A stretch of 64,000 nucleotides of DNA, taken from Chrysomallon squamiferum (lineage: Eukaryota; Animalia; Mollusca). A program made the position numbers and the translations under genes. Location: NCBI GenBank assembly GCA_012295275.1, contig CM022675.1:7378001-7442000 (forward strand), in the 5' to 3' direction. Below the pieces are notes generated by a model. It did not search any database. It was not told the origin of the DNA and was given only the letters and a program-made list of their open reading frames with translations. Shown in pieces: positions 41,266-56,356 of this stretch (position 1 is the stretch's first letter; the number at the start of each line of letters is the position of its first letter).

Positions 41266-44200
41266 TCTTTCTTTCTGTCATTCTTTTTTCTTTTCTTTTC
41301 TTTTCCTTCTTTCTTCTCTTGTTGCAGTTTGACACTGATTTCAACCCAAGTTCCCTCTTATTAAATATTTCTTTTCCTCCTGCATCAATTTGAAAGGAAA
41401 AACGTTTAAAAATCTAAATAAAATAAAAACAGGATTTCAAAGAAATGATACTTTCATGTTTTCCAGGTTTTTTTTTTTTTTTTTTTTTTTCATTTTCATT
41501 TTTTTGATATTTCTCTTCTGAAAATCTGATAAATGAAACACTGGACTGATTAATTTATTTTTAATATTACATAAGAGCTAAAGAAAGAAAATTAAAATAT
41601 AATCAGTTTTGTGTGCAGAAATTTAGACTAATGCAATAATTATTATAATAGTTAATGTAATTGTTAAGATAATGTAATTTGAAAATAATATTGCGAACAT
41701 TAAATATTTTGGACAAAAATTAAAAGTAATGAAACGCTTAAAATATTGTAATTTATGAATATTACTGCAATTTTATTTGAAAATAATAGTGCAAACATTA
41801 ACTGGTTTTCTCAGTAATTAAAAGTAATGAAATATGAAAAATAATGTAATATGTACAGGAATGTAGTTGTAATATGAGTATTTTTTTACAAAAATTTAAA
41901 TTATTTTTAAATGCTGCATGCAGAAGTTAAAATTTTCATAATTTTAATCAAAGGCAATATCTTAGTGCAAAAACGAAGTGAAAAAATAATAATGTGTAAT
42001 TTGAAATAATTTTTTTTTCTTGTGTTAAGAAAATACAGTTTGTACAGAAATTGAATTATTTAAAACTGAATTAGAACTTGCATCAGTGAAGACTTAAATA
42101 ATTTATTTTTATCACACAATGTTAAGATGATTATATATGCAGAAATTCAGTTGATTTAAATACTGCATGAAAACCTAAAAGGATATGTGTTAACATCATT
42201 ATAAATTATTAATTAATTTTTATTAAAAATGCAGCGACGGTTACAAAATATTATAATATTTGAATTAAGAGCATGAGAATATTTCATAACAGTGTAAATT
42301 GAAAATAATACGACATATTTATTAACAGTTGTGCAAAATTTAAAAATCAGATTGAAAAGTTACATTGTTGATTTAATGTGACAATAATGCTGCAGTATTT
42401 AAAATGTTTGAAAATTAAATTATTTTAAATCTTGTTTAAATGCATTTACAGTAATATTCAGAAAGTGAAATTAACAGAGCTGCATTATTTCATATTAACG
42501 TCATTTCAACAGTATTAAGAATTTAATTCTTTTTGTTAAAAATCATATGTTTTTTAAATAGGGCATAAATATGTTGAAAGAACTGAAATAGCATTTTCGA
42601 AATTAAATTAATTGTTATGCAGTGTTTCATATGAATGTAATTCTTAACACTGTATGTAATTTATTAATAGTAGCAAATGCTCAAAAATTAAATTGTTTTG
42701 CCTAATAGCAGTTCATTGAACAAAAATATGAGTATCAGAAAATTTCCAGATGAAATTAATCAAAATAAAAAAAATATAAAATATATTAAAAAAAATATAA
42801 AATATAAAAAAATTAAAAAATATAAAGAAATACAAAAAAATATTAAAAAAATATTGTAGCAAATTTACAAAAAAACAAATTTATTTCCCCAAGAGGCCTT
42901 GACTTTGATCAACTTATTTTAATTCCATGTAACAAGGTAAAAAAATGTAAATGTATCAGATTTTTGATGGCTTTGGGCTGTGTGATTCACCACCATTGAT
43001 CTAGCAAAGTGATGCTTGCAAAAAGTAAATGGTAGATTTTGTCATGATCTTAAAAAGAACTAGATTCATTTTGTAGATTTCTTTAACGTTTTTTTTTTTT
43101 CCTTTTCTGAATTTACTCTTTTTTTTTTCTCCTTCTTTTTTTTTTTTTTTTCTTATAAAAGAACGTGTTTTCTTTCTTTTTCAATGTATTTTTGTTTCTT
43201 TAACTTTTTCTCTTTTTTTTTATCGTTTTTTTAAAATTTATTTTTGAATACTTTTTCTTTCTTTTTTTCTAATCTTTTTAAACATTTTTTTTTTTTATCT
43301 TTTTAAATCTTTTCTTCCTTTTTAAAATATTCTAATTTTTTCTTTCTTTTCTTTTCTTTTTTTTTTTTTTACCTTTTCATTTTTTAATCTTTTTCTTTCT
43401 TCTTAATCTCTTTTTCTTTCTTTTTTTGCATTTCTAATTTGATGAATATAAAAGTTTGCTTCTTTTTATATTGTTTACGAAATTATATTACATTCATTCT
43501 TGTAGCAGCCTGGTAGCATTCATGCATGTATCTACATCAGGGTGAGACAGAATTTTGTTTTCATAAAATAAATATTTCAAACAACTGATGGAGCAACGTT
43601 TTTGCTTTCCCGATAAATGTTCTGTGTGCAATTTGGTTTTCATGGATCTTTATCAAAGAGGCTGGCACTTTTTTATGAAACACTGGAAGTTTTATAACAG
43701 TGGTTACCCAGGTATCTAATCAAATTTTTAAAAATTGTGTTTATATTTATTTTTTAAATTTTTTTGTTTTGTTTTTTTGTTGATTTATTTGATTAATGTT
43801 ATGTGGACATATCTTTTTGTGTGTGTGTGTGTGTGTGTGTGAGAGTGTGTGTGTGTGTGTGTGAGTGTGAGAGTGTGCATGTGTGAGTGTGTGTGTGTTT
43901 GCATGTGTGTGTGTGTTAATATAGGCATCTGAATATACATCTCTGTATGTATGTATGTCTTATATATATAGATGTTTGTATATCATTGTGTGTCAGTGTG
44001 TTATAAATATAGTTACATTTGAATGTATGTTATACAGGTTTCTGTGTCTGCGTGTGTTTATCATTCAAGGTATTTTTGAATTATATGTTTGGATTAGGTG
44101 TTTGTATGTGTTAATGAGTATGTGTGTGTTTATGTCTGTTTACTAGTATAATTAAATACATGTTTGTGTGTCTAATACATGCATTATTGCATATAATGTT

Positions 44201-45418
44201 TCTCTGTATGGGTATGTACATGTGTGTTTGTGCATGTGCATGCATATGTGCATGCATGCAATTGCTATTACCTGTTAATTGTGTATTTTCAACATCTACA
44301 CAAATATTTATGAATAACAATGACAAATACATAATTGTAAATTTTCAAACAAATAATAATAAATAAAGAAAACTAACTAACCAAATAAATAAATAAATAA
44401 ATAAATAAACTATTATTTTTACTTTATACATGTCTGGTATACTGGAAAAGAATACATATGTTACAAAATGTTCTGTGTTATGACATAATTGATACTGTTA
44501 CTAAGATACCATAATCATCTGAGATCTGATTGGCCAAAAGCTAGACTGCAGTATTTACATATTCATCAAGTATAATTTTGTTAATATGAAAAAGCAACTG
44601 CCTTCTTTTTGCTGGTGTTTTGTTAAAAAAAAAAAAAAATTTACTGATTTGTTTTTTGGCATTAAATTTCCTAGAATGAAGTGTACTTAGCATATAGATA
44701 AATACATTAACAAGTAAATAAATACAAATAGATACATAACTGCATAAGTAAGTAAATACATAGAAATGAATAAATAAAATTATGTAAATAAATAAATAAA
44801 TAAATAGATAAAAAGAAAGAAATGAATATAAATATGAGCAAAATGAAATATGTAAATAATACAAACAATGACAAGAGATAATAACAAAAAATATTTTTGT
44901 TTTGTTTTGTTTTTATTTTTAATAAATAAATTCATAAGTCAAAGGATATATTTCGTGGCTTTATTACACATTTGTTTTGCAGTTTCCACTACTACTAATC
45001 AATCTGCTGATTTTTATTATTATTAATTTTTTTTTTTTTTTTTCTCTGACCTTTGATCTCCATGAATAATTAAGTAGGCTTTATGTTAGGTGAAAAAAAA
45101 ACTGAAGTAGAGTAAATCTGCATTAAGCTGTCGAGTTGACTAGAATCCTTTGTGTTTTCTGCTACTTCAACACACACAGAAATGATACTATTGTGTTTCA
45201 AGTCGGTCTCTTTTCTGTGCGTCTGTTTGTGAAGTTAATTTCTTTTGTTAAGAGAATTTTTTTTTTTATTTATTTTTTATGACAGCATACTTGAATGTAA
45301 CACTGGTGGTTTATTTAAACATAAAAACATTTTTGTTTGTTATAAATACATATTTTCTCCCGATCTTGTTTTAGATATGAGAAACTGTAAAATGTAAAAT
45401 ATTATATTATGTTTTTTC

Positions 45419-45457
<39 letters not shown>

Positions 45458-45919
45458 GTCTGTCTGACACTCTCTTTGTCTCTCTGTCTGTCTATCTCTC
45501 TGTTGATCTCTTACTGTCTTTCTCTCATTTCTCTCTCTCTCTCTCTCTCCTCCCCCTCTCACAATGAATTCATTCTTTCACTGACATCCTTTTTCATCTC
45601 TTTTCTCCCCTTGTTCATTCTCATTCTGATTATCTTTTTGTTTCTCTTTCAAAAATAAAAAATAAAATAAATCAATAAAATAATAATAAAAAAACTGAAC
45701 AGATAAATAATAATAATAATAATAATAATAAAAAATAATAGTAATAATAATAAAATAATAATAATAAAATAAAATAAAATAAAATAAATAAACAAAACCT
45801 CGAAAGAACACATCAAGGGTCTAAATCTTCGTGTCTGTGCCATTTAGAGGGAGAACAACAACAACAACAACAAAAAAAAAAAAAAAAAAAATTATTGATT
45901 ACTTCATTTTCTTACCCCC

Positions 45920-46437
45920 TGGTACGGGAGTGAGCCGGTTTGTTTGTTTTTTAAAAAACTCAAGTTTCTGGGTGGCAGGCAGAGGCAGCCTCGCGCGACT
46001 TGTTTGATGTTGACTCGCCGGCTTGTCAAGAAGCCAGTTGCGTGTCTGTTTAAATCTTTGTTTTGAGAATTCCTCTCTCACTCACTCACTCTCACTCTCT
46101 CACCCTCTCTGTCTCTCTCTGTCTCTCTCTCTCGCTCGCTAGCTCGCTAGCCTGCGTGTGTTTTGTTTGCATTCCGCTAACATGACGGTGGGGACTCCTC
46201 GCTTCTCTGCGCTCGTCGCGACAACGTTTGTTTCCTCCTGCTGTTCACCCCAGCATCGTCCGCTGATGTACGCTTCCCTCTCCCACGACGTCGCGCACCC
46301 TGCCCGGTGGCCAGGGTTGCACAGTTTGTACTGGACGCAGGTGACAACAACAGCAACGACAGCAGCAGCATTGAAAAAAATGTCGAAAATTGTCTTAGAC
46401 TCGAAAAAACTGGGATCTGACTCTTCTGTTTTTTCAG
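45920..46437 (+). promoter_or_regulatory. Proximal CpG island / alternative NAB promoter and 5' region
   Basis: Abrupt CpG-rich segment with a CT tract inside CpG-poor surroundings, directly upstream of the first NAB coding exon. Confidence 0.6.
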
Positions 46438-46454
46438 GCCCAGGTGCAGTTTCC

Positions 46455-46554
46455 ATGGCAGCATCACAGCCAACGAATTCTTCCGAGTGGCAGTTGTATC
46501 GCGTTCTTCAGAGAGCCAATTTGTTGCAATATTATGAGACGTTCATTGCTCAAG
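46455..46554 (+). CDS. NAB: NGFI-A-binding protein (NAB), first coding exon, start of NCD1
   Basis: MAASQPTNSSEWQLYRVLQRANLLQYYETFIAQG matches the NAB NCD1 start (QLYRVLQRANLL.YYETFI.QG). Donor caag|gtaagt, phase 1. In-frame upstream ATGs at 46380 and 46182. Confidence 0.95.
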
Positions 46555-47035
46555 GTAAGTCACTGTTGTTGTTTTTGAGATTCCGTTAGGTCACCTTGGC
46601 TTTCATTTAATCACTTTTTGTGATATTTTAATTTTATTTTTTTTCAAATTTTTTTTTTTTTAGAATTTGCTGACAACTACTAAATTATTGTGTTGTTTTT
46701 TAGGTGTTTTTTTTTTTTATATATATTTTTTTTTTATTTATTTATTTATTTATTTTCTTTTTGTTTTTTTATAAAAGTTTTATTTTTTAACGTTTTATTT
46801 GTGAAAGTTTTAAAGGTTTTGTTTGTTGTTTTTTTTTTGTTTGTTGGTTGTTGTTTTTTTAACTTTTATGTTTAAAAATATTTTATCTACTTTTTAAATC
46901 ATTGCTGGAAATTGGATTTTTGTGTAAATATTTTAGTTTTAAAATAATTTTTTTTTTTTCTTTTCAAATATTTTATTTTTTAATTTAATTAAATCCCTTT
47001 TTTTGTTCTCAGTTCTGTCAATTATCATTTATATT

Positions 47036-47067
<32 letters not shown>

Positions 47068-47309
47068 TAACCAAACAGAATGAAATCATATTTTTCTTTT
47101 TGTCTTTCTTTTCTTAATTATTTTTTTTTCTTCAGTGAAGTAGAAAAAAAAAAATCTGCAGAAATATAATAAAATATGGCAAATTCCATTTGTCAAATTC
47201 ATATTCTACTTTTTTCTTTTTTTCCTCTTATTAGAAACAAAATGAAAGGTCACTATGGCTTTTTGAAGCATGAAAAATTGTTAAATTATATAATTTAATA
47301 TTTTTGAAT

Positions 47310-47915
47310 TCAATTCATTTTAAAGCATATATTTTACACTCGTAATTCATTTTAAACTTAAAATAAATTAACTAAATTAAATATTTACCATTTTAACAAA
47401 TCATTTTAAATTATAAATTTGCCCTATTTAATTTCATTTAAATTAAAAATGTATTCTGCTTAATTCATTTTAAAGTATTAATTCCACTTCTTAATTCATT
47501 CTAGAATATAAATGAACCATTCTGAGTTCATTTTAAAATACAGAAAAACACTTTTAAATTCATTTACTTGTCTTTTTATTTATAAATTCACACTTTACTT
47601 TACCTTGTGTGAAAATTCAGACTCGACACATTTAATGATTATAAATTCAGACTTTGGTTTCAGTTTAGGTGTTTACAGGTGTCAGACTTTCATTCTTTCA
47701 TTTTTATAAATTTAAACTTTCATTTCATTTTAGGTCTATATATACACATTCAGACATTCTTTAATTAATTTTTATAAATATAAACTTTGATTTCGTTATA
47801 GATATCTATACGTTCAGACTTTGTTTAATTAATTTTTATAAATTTAAACTTTCGTTTAATTATAGATGTCTATACATTCAGATTTTCTTTAATTAATTTT
47901 TGTAAATTCAGATTA
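47310..47915. repeat. Degenerate ~30-bp and ~60-bp tandem repeats in NAB intron
   Basis: aattcattttaaa repeats, followed by taatttttataaatttaaacttt...tctata.a..ttcagac units. Confidence 0.7.
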
Positions 47916-48673
47916 CTTCGGTTTATTAGTTTCCCTGATTTCAGGCATGATATGCTTCCATTGTCTGCCAATTCAGACTACAATCAGCTTTACATTGTTT
48001 TTCTCAAACAAGATGATATTTTACAACTGATGTTTGTTTACAAAATGTCGCATCACAACTGCTAAGCAAATCATTGGACATTTTTTCGATTTTTAAATAA
48101 TAGCCAATGAATCATTTCCACTGAATATTTTACACAAATAAAAACAACTTTGGCTATTTTTAAAATTTTAAACAATTTTTAAATTTCAGCTGATGAAATT
48201 CTTTTATTTTTATTATTGATTTTGTAAAAAGTTTTGTTTTTCATTTTTAAATATGAAAACAAAATTGATTATTTACAATTTAATATTAAGAGGATTAAGA
48301 ACAGTTCTGAATTTTATACATTTTCATCTTAAAACAATAGTTGATGCTTTTTTTTCTTAAATTCTGATTTTTACTTCTTTTTTTTAAAATATTATATTTA
48401 TATAGTATTATTTTGAAATTTTATGGTTATTGTTTATATTATTATTTTTCTGATGATGGTAATGGTTGTTTTTAACATGTTGTTGTTGTTGTTATTACTT
48501 CTAAAAAAAAAGAAAAAAAATTTAAATATTATTTTAATAAATCCCAGATTTATAAAACTGCTTTAAAAAAAGTAAAGAAAAAAGTTATTTGGATTAAAAT
48601 ATGAAAGACTTTTCCAAACAAGTGTATTGTGAAAATTAAATAATATTATTACTTAGTTTTTATTTTTTTTATT

Positions 48674-48712
<39 letters not shown>

Positions 48713-49057
48713 TATATTTATTTGTCTTCATTAAACTCCTAACTTTAGTGCTGTAGTGTTAAATAACTTAAACAATTTTGATTCTTTCTACATTATTGTG
48801 TTTAATAACATCCATTCTTTCATAATAATAAAGTATCATCAGTAAAGAATACTATTTTGAATATGCATGACCTGTCTTTCACAAGCACAGAATAACAAAA
48901 ATGGTAATGATATGTAGGGTTAACCAACTATCAGTATAATTTCTGTGTATTTCTATGTATGATGAAAATCTAATATATTTGTTGCATATATCTTCAAAAG
49001 CATGATATAGTATTGTGATAACTTTATTATAGGAAAAAACACTATTCACAGATTGAA

Positions 49058-49118
<61 letters not shown>

Positions 49119-50611
49119 TAAAAAAGAATAAAAAAAATAAATAATAATTTTAAAAATGTATATTAAATAAATAAATAATAAGCAATAAATATAAAAAAAT
49201 ATAAAAAAATATAAAATAAATAAATAATTAGAAATAAAATAGAAAACTGAAAAAGGTATATTTTAAATAAAAAGTATTTAATAAATGAATTTGTTTTTAA
49301 TAATTTCAGTTTCATTTAAAAATTAAAATAATAATAATAATAATAATAATAATTTAAAAAAAAAGAAAGAAAAAAAAATTAAACACATTAATTACAGAAT
49401 ATATCATGGTATGTTAACAAAAACCACAAAAAAAAAAAAAAAAAAATCCATTATTGTTGAAAATGAAGATAAATATTTGTTTTTAATATTTGTAATTTAA
49501 TTCATATAAGTGTCATAAAGACATTAATGAAACAACTGAAATTGCTCTCTTCATAATAATAATCAGTTTGATAGAAAACGTTATTTTTCCCATATGTCAT
49601 TAGAGGTAATTGAAAAATACTCAAAGCTGTAGAATATTTCCAATCTTTTAAGCTTTATTTCATTTATTGTTTTTTTTTACCTTCAATTTCTTTCTTTCAT
49701 TTAAAATTGAAAAGAAAAAAAACTGTTAGTGATTTCAAAAAAAATAAATGAAAAAATTGACAAATTAAAAAAATATATATTAAATAAAAAATAAATAAAT
49801 AAATAATATAAAAAAAAAAAACTGAAGAGATTTAACCAAAAAAAAAAAAAAATGAAGAGAAAGAGATTTAAGTTAAACCATTTTCTACATCATCGTACAA
49901 GCATTATTTATACAAATAAGCTACTTGTGTTCCCAGCATTCATCATTTGCTTGATGATGATATTTCCCACAGTGCAATCCATGCTTTTCAAACAAAAAAA
50001 AGAAAAAAAAAAAAAATCCACAAACAATTATTGATTATAAAATATATAAAAAAAAAAAAAAGAAGAAGAAGAAGAAGAAGAAGAAAAAAAATAATGCAAA
50101 GAAAATGATGTTGACGTCAGTATCTGCCAAGATTCTAATTTTCAAGGGAAAAAAAAAAAAAAAGTATTTCATTCCATTTGAAGAAATTAAAAAAAATAAA
50201 TATATTAAAAAATACTCATAGTTAACAATCTTAGGGGCTTTGGGGACTTTTGTGTAGAAAACACTTCAGAAGGAAGCCAAAAAAAAAAAAAATAAAAAAT
50301 AAATAAAAATAACGAAAAAGAAATTTATAAAAAAAAAAAAATGGATACACTGATGATCCAATGCTCTAGAACAGTGGGAGGAAAAAAAAAAAATAAGTAC
50401 GAAATTTTCGTAATTTGTAAGGAGCTGAATAAAAACAATTGCTCATGGATAAATGCTCATAGCCCATAACTCCATGTGGTTTTAACTTGGCTTGTAGAGA
50501 TTAAAACTAATCTGGCTTCAGTTGTTTGGATTTCTTTATTATTTATTTTTTTTTTGTTTGGTTTTGGGTTTTCTATTTTTTTTTTTCCTGTTTCCTGTAG
50601 ATTTATTAGTC

Positions 50612-51095
50612 ATGCTAAGCAACCAACTCAGCCTGGATGAAGCTATAAAATTTTTACTCACCTTGAATCGTAAGCTGCATTCACACAGCCTGATTTTTGT
50701 TAACAGTCATTAGCCCAAACAAACCAACTTGGCATTGATGAAGCTATATATTTTGTTACTTTCCTAGAAGCTTAAGCCTCATTTACACTGTATGATTATT
50801 GCTAACAGTCTTTAGACTAAGCAACTAACTGAGCCTGGATGACATCATAAAAATTTGAACTCACCTTGAGTCTTAAGCTGCATTTCTACTGTGTGATTTT
50901 TGTTAACAATCTTTTGTCTAAGCAACCTTCTCAAGCTGGGTGACATTATCGAAATTTTGCATGCCTTGTATCTTAAGCTGCATTTCTGTTGTATGACTTT
51001 TGTTAAAAGTCTTAAGTTTAAGCAACCAATTCATTCTGGATGATGCTTACAAAAAAAATGTATTCACCACCTTGAATCTTAAGCTGCATTTCATT
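50612..51095. repeat. ~100-bp tandem repeat, 5 copies
   Basis: ctaagcaaccaact...ctggatga...caccttga.tcttaagctgcattt...tttttgttaacagtc at about 50615, 50713, 50817, 50918 and 51018. Confidence 0.85.
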
Positions 51096-51287
51096 TGTGC
51101 AACTGTTTTTTTTGAAGTCCATCCTTTTATTCATATAAAAACACAGGAAATGAATTACGTGTTAAAACCACACGTTTTAATGGGTGTAAGAAAAATGTCT
51201 TCAGCCATACAGGAACTAGAACACTTAGATTATTATTATTTTTTTTATATCAATTAAAAATATAATTGATTAATTTTCTGCAACTAG

Positions 51288-51965
51288 CTGTTTAACACTA
51301 GAACAAATTTATAAAAATTTAACACTAGAATAAAGTGATTAATTTCATGTCATTGTCGGTTTAACATTAGAATAAAATGATTAATTTCATGTCATTGACT
51401 GTTTAACATTAGAATAAAATGATTAATTTCATATCATTGACTGTTTAACATTAGAATAAAATGATTAATTTTTTTTTATTATTGGTTTTTCTTGAATATC
51501 CTTTTAGACATTTGTAAATCCCAATTTCTGATTCCTTCAACATCTGTATTAACCACTTCTAAATAGATGATGACTATTTCTACTTTGATTCAAATTTCTT
51601 CTGTTAAATGTCCACCTTGAAAGTGAATATAATAAAATTAGGACGTACTAATAAGTTTTCTAGCATCGGTTATTTTATGTCAAACATTGGTTTAACACAT
51701 CACTAGAACACATTGGTTAATTTTCTATCATCAGTTACTTTATGTCAAGCATTGGTTTAATAAGATCACCAGAACACATTGGTTAATTTTCTATCATCAG
51801 TTATTTTATGTCAAACATTGGTTTAATGACATCACTAGAACACATTGGTTAATTTTCTATCATCAGTTACTTTATGTCAAGCATTGGTTTAATAACATCA
51901 CTTTTCTACACATTTATGTTAATTTTTAATAAGATCTATCATCATCTTATTTTATGTCAGACATC
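51288..51965. repeat. Two adjacent minisatellites (~42 bp at 51288-51470, ~66 bp at 51655-51965)
   Basis: Units ctgtttaacattagaataaaatgattaatttcatgtcattga and cattggtttaa...catcactagaacacattggttaattttctatcatcagtta.tttatgtcaa. Confidence 0.9.
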
Positions 51966-52595
51966 AGGTTTTGGGAAGAAATTCTTGTTTTGTTTTCCTC
52001 AAAGTTACTTTATGCAACAAGACCTTTATTAGTATTTTTATATAACTGGGTGTTTATAAACATTTTTTTGTTTTCCTCAAAGTGCAACAAGACCTTTATT
52101 TTTTTTTTTATGTAACTGGGTCTTTTTTTTTTTAAATGAAGAATTTATGGCAAATAAAAATATAATTTTTCTAGATAACAAATATTTGTGAAAAGGAATC
52201 CAGAAAAGTCACATATTTTTTTTTTTGCCTGAATTATTTTCATTTGTGAACCGAGAAAGAAAACAGAAATTAATTTAGAAAAAGTTGGAATGTGAAAAAA
52301 ATTAGATTGATAAATCTTTTTTGCTTTGTGTAATCTTCAGTTGTACATGGAAATAAATAAAATTCAAGCTCTGTAAGAAGAGGTGAAATACAAAATATTA
52401 ATCTTCTCTTTTTTTCTGTTGACAGTATTATTAAAAAAAAATTAAAAAAAAAATTAATAAATAAAAAATAAAAAATAAAAATAATAATGCAGTAATAATA
52501 ATAGCAATCATAATAAAGATTATAATGATGATTAAGATAATTATGATGTAGATAATGATGATGATAATAATAAAATTAGTAATAATAATAATAAA

Positions 52596-52638
<43 letters not shown>

Positions 52639-53489
52639 TGACACATTTATTATGACACTATATTTAACCAAATGTTAGAAAAAACATATTAAAAAAAAAA
52701 GTAATAATAACAAAACATAAAAGTAAATTCTGACTTGGAAGAACATATATAATATCTATAAGCTGCACCTATACTTACAGAATAAACCTAATTAAGAAGT
52801 GTGTATTTGTTTTAATTATTATTCTTATGCAATAGATATTGTTTATAATTAGTTTTGTCATGAAATAAATATTGATTTATAATTATTCTTTTGATAGATA
52901 ACGGGGTGTGTGTTATAATTTATAATTCAAACCATCTTTTTGGGGTTTTTTAATTGAATGTTCATAAAAAAAAATATGGCCATTCTATAATGAACCCACA
53001 CATACACAAAAACCAAGTATAGTTATGATGTTTAACTACATTTTTATTAATTAAATGCAATAACTGAAAGTTAATTACCTCATTTAATTATTGGGAAAGG
53101 CAGTTATTCAGTTTTATTAATGTTTGTAGAAACTGACAGCAATTTTTCAGTTCAAAGAAATAAAAATAAATAATCAGCAAATGAAAAAAAAATAATAAAT
53201 AATAAAAAAAATTAAAATAAAAACAAATAAGAGAAAATAAAAATAAAGAAATTAATAAATTAAAAATTACATTGCTCACTTTTTGTGTAATATTGTTGCA
53301 TTGTTTGTTTCTGTACAAGGCAAAAAAAAAAAAAAAAAGAATGAAATGAAATTAATATTTTTATTTATTTATTTATTTTGTTGGTACTAAATGGCTTTGA
53401 AAATTAATGTTTTCACTGAATTTTTATTTTGTGCTGTGCCATGGAAAAATAGGTTCATTTTGAAAATGCGTCATGATTTCATTTCATTC

Positions 53490-54191
53490 CACCAAAACTG
53501 TACAGCTAGTAACCTTTTTATTCATGAAAATTGTTTTACCAACCATTCGTATTTTCATGAAATTTATTCAGCTAGTAATTTTTTTTTTTTTTTATTCATA
53601 ATACCAACCATTCATATTTTCAGGAAATTTATACATCTGATAATTTTTTAGTCATGAAAATAATATTACCAATCAGTTTTATTTTTGTGAAATTTATACA
53701 TCTGGTAATTTTTTTTAATTCACGAAATTCAAATGATAATCTATTGTTTTTTTTCATGAAATTTATATATCTAGTATAGTTTTTTATTTCAAGAAATTCA
53801 AATTACCAACCATTTATATTTTTTGTGAAATTTATACAGCTGTTATGTTTTTATTCATGAAATTCATACTGCTGGTATGTTTTTATTCATGAAATTCATA
53901 TTACTTTGTAAATTTATGGTTCATATGTTTTTTTTTATTCATGAAATTCATATTACCAACAATTTGTAAATTTATTTATGAAATTTCATGAAATTCATAT
54001 TACCAACAGTTTGTATTTTCATGAAATTCATACAGCTGGTATGTTTTTATTCATGAAATTCATATTACCAACAGTTTGTATTTTTATGAAATTCATACAG
54101 CTGGTATGTTTTTATTCATGAAATTCATATTACCAACAGTTTGTATTTTTATGAAATTCATACAGCTGTTATGTTTTTATTCATGAAATTC
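53490..54191. repeat. Bipartite ~65-bp minisatellite ending at the NAB exon-2 acceptor
   Basis: Alternating atgaaattcatattaccaacagtttgtatttt and atgaaattcatacagctggtatgtttttattc. Confidence 0.9.
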
Positions 54192-54202
54192 GTGACTTTC
54201 AG

Positions 54203-54346
54203 GGGGTGACGATGTCCAGCAGTTGTGTGAAGCGGGAGAAGAAGAATTTCTGGAAATAATGGCTCTGGTTGGAATGGCATCAAAACCGCTGCACGTCCGG
54301 CGATTGCAAAAAGCCCTTCAAGACTGGGTCCAGAATCCACAGGACA
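54203..54346 (+). CDS. NAB: NAB coding exon 2, remainder of NCD1
   Basis: Acceptor ctttcag. (G)[47 protein letters not shown] is the near-invariant NAB NCD1 sequence. Donor a|gtaagt, phase 1-1. Confidence 0.97.
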
Positions 54347-54446
54347 GTAAGTTGTATAGCCACAAGATTGATCGACCATCTGTAGAGCATGCATTTTTTT
54401 TTTACTTATTTATTTATTTGTGTATTTCTTGTTCTTTTTTTAGATA

Positions 54447-54868
54447 ATGTTTAGTCCAAATTCTGTGAGATCATGTTTAATCCAAATTCAGTGAGAGTAT
54501 GTTTAGTCCAAATTCAGTGAGATCATGTTTAGTCCAACTTCAGTGACATGGTGTTTAGTCCAAATTCAGTGAGATCATGTTTAGTCCAAATAATTTGAGA
54601 TCATGTTTAGTCCAAGTTCTGTGAGATGATGTTTAGTCCAAATTCTGTGACATGATGTTTAGTCCAAATTCAGTGACATGATGTTTAGTCCAAATTCAGT
54701 GACATGATGTTTAGTCCAAATTCAGTGTCATGATGTTTAGTCCAAATTCAGTGAGATCATGTTTAGTCCAAATTCAGTGAGATCATGTTTATTTCAAGTT
54801 CTGTGACATGATGTTTAGTCCAAATTCAGTGAGATCATGTTTACTTCAGATTCAGTGAGATCATGTCC
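54447..54868. repeat. 26-bp minisatellite, about 16 copies
   Basis: Unit (c/g)atgtttagtccaaattcagtga(g/c)at. Confidence 0.95.
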
Positions 54869-56028
54869 AGATAATGAATTAAACCACAGGAAGATTAAAT
54901 TTAGTCTGAGCTCAAACATTTTCGGCAGTAAAAACACTTTCAGACAGTATTCTAAATCCACTCATGACTAGTGCACTTTTAGATCTCATTCTGCAGTGAG
55001 ATGACCTTAAGTCCATGTTATTAATGTCCATTCAACCCAAGTTCTAAACATGATCACAGAAGATCAGTTTTAGCCCAATTTCTAAATACAGTCTTAAAAC
55101 CATTTTAAACAGAATTCACAAAAACAGCACCTTTAGTCAGTGTTCTAAATACTGTCAAGGAATGGGGTCTGTTTTTTTATTTCTTTGTTCTTAGATAAAA
55201 ATCTATAATTTTATTTTATATTTGATTTTCTCTAGCAATTATTCTTGATTCCTAAAATTTCTTTCTTCTGCAATAAAAATGTTAACAAATTTGAAACCAA
55301 AGGAATGAAATATCTTGACATTTTGGCATTATTTTGCAAATTGAATTGAGAGAAGTTGGAAAAAGACGAGTAATTTGATACGAACAGAAAATAAATACAC
55401 TTTGATATGTTTCAGATATTTTGTTTTGTTTTATTCCTGTGTAAAACAAGTCTTGATAAAAAATTTGAAAAAAGAAAAGAAATGGGAATAAAATAAAAAT
55501 TTAAAAATAAAATCTAAAATAAAATATGATATTTAAAAAAAAAAAAAAAGTAAAATAATAATAATAATAATAATAATAATATAAAAATTTTAAAATAATG
55601 AAATCAAATCAATTTTTATAAAAATATCAAATATATAAAAATAAAATGAAGCAAATCTTGTAAACTGGTTTTTATAAAAAAAAATTTAGATTCTTAAGAG
55701 ACTTAGTGAAATATTTATTGTTGTTGTTGTTTTGTAATTTAGTATTATTAAAATCATCATAAACATTATTATTTACTATTATTAATATCATCATTATCAT
55801 CGTTATCAATATTGTTACTACTACTATTATTATTATTATCATTAATATTATTGTATTGGTCTTCTTATTATTCTTATTATTAATATCATCATCATCATTA
55901 TTATTTTTTTGTTGTCATCATCATCTATATTATCATTATTATTATTTTGTTGTCATTATTATCTATATTATCATTATTATTATTTTGTTGTCATTATCAT
56001 CTATATTATTATTATTATTTTTATTATT

Positions 56029-56084
<56 letters not shown>

Positions 56085-56114
56085 CATCATCATAATCATC
56101 ATCTCTTTTTGCAG

Positions 56115-56356
56115 CATCATTCCAAGGTACCACCCTCTCTACCAACCCTGCCCCAGGGAGCATTACCGCAGTTGCCCGCGACCAGCTTCAGGCTCTCGGC
56201 TTTTCCTTGCATTCCACTCCCCCCGCCTCTGTCGTCAACGCATCGTCGTGGAGCCCGCAGTCACCCCAGCCCAGCGTCAGTCCACTGCCACGAGACACAC
56301 GAAGTCCATCGTCAAATTCACCACAGCAGAATGACGTCAAAGACGTCAACATGTTG
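56115..56356 (+). CDS. NAB: NAB coding exon 3, Ser/Pro-rich linker
   Basis: Acceptor tttttgcag. Phase-1 entry gives (T)SFQGTTLSTNPAPGSITAVARDQLQALGFSLHSTPPASVVNASSWSPQSPQPSVSPLPRDTRSPSSNSPQQNDVKDVNML. Donor ttg|gtgagt, phase 0. GC-rich against AT flanks. Confidence 0.85.

Noticed and set aside
46139-46473. Antisense ORFs over the NAB 5' region
   Set aside because: Expected by chance in a GC-rich island opposite a coding exon, with no homology recognised.
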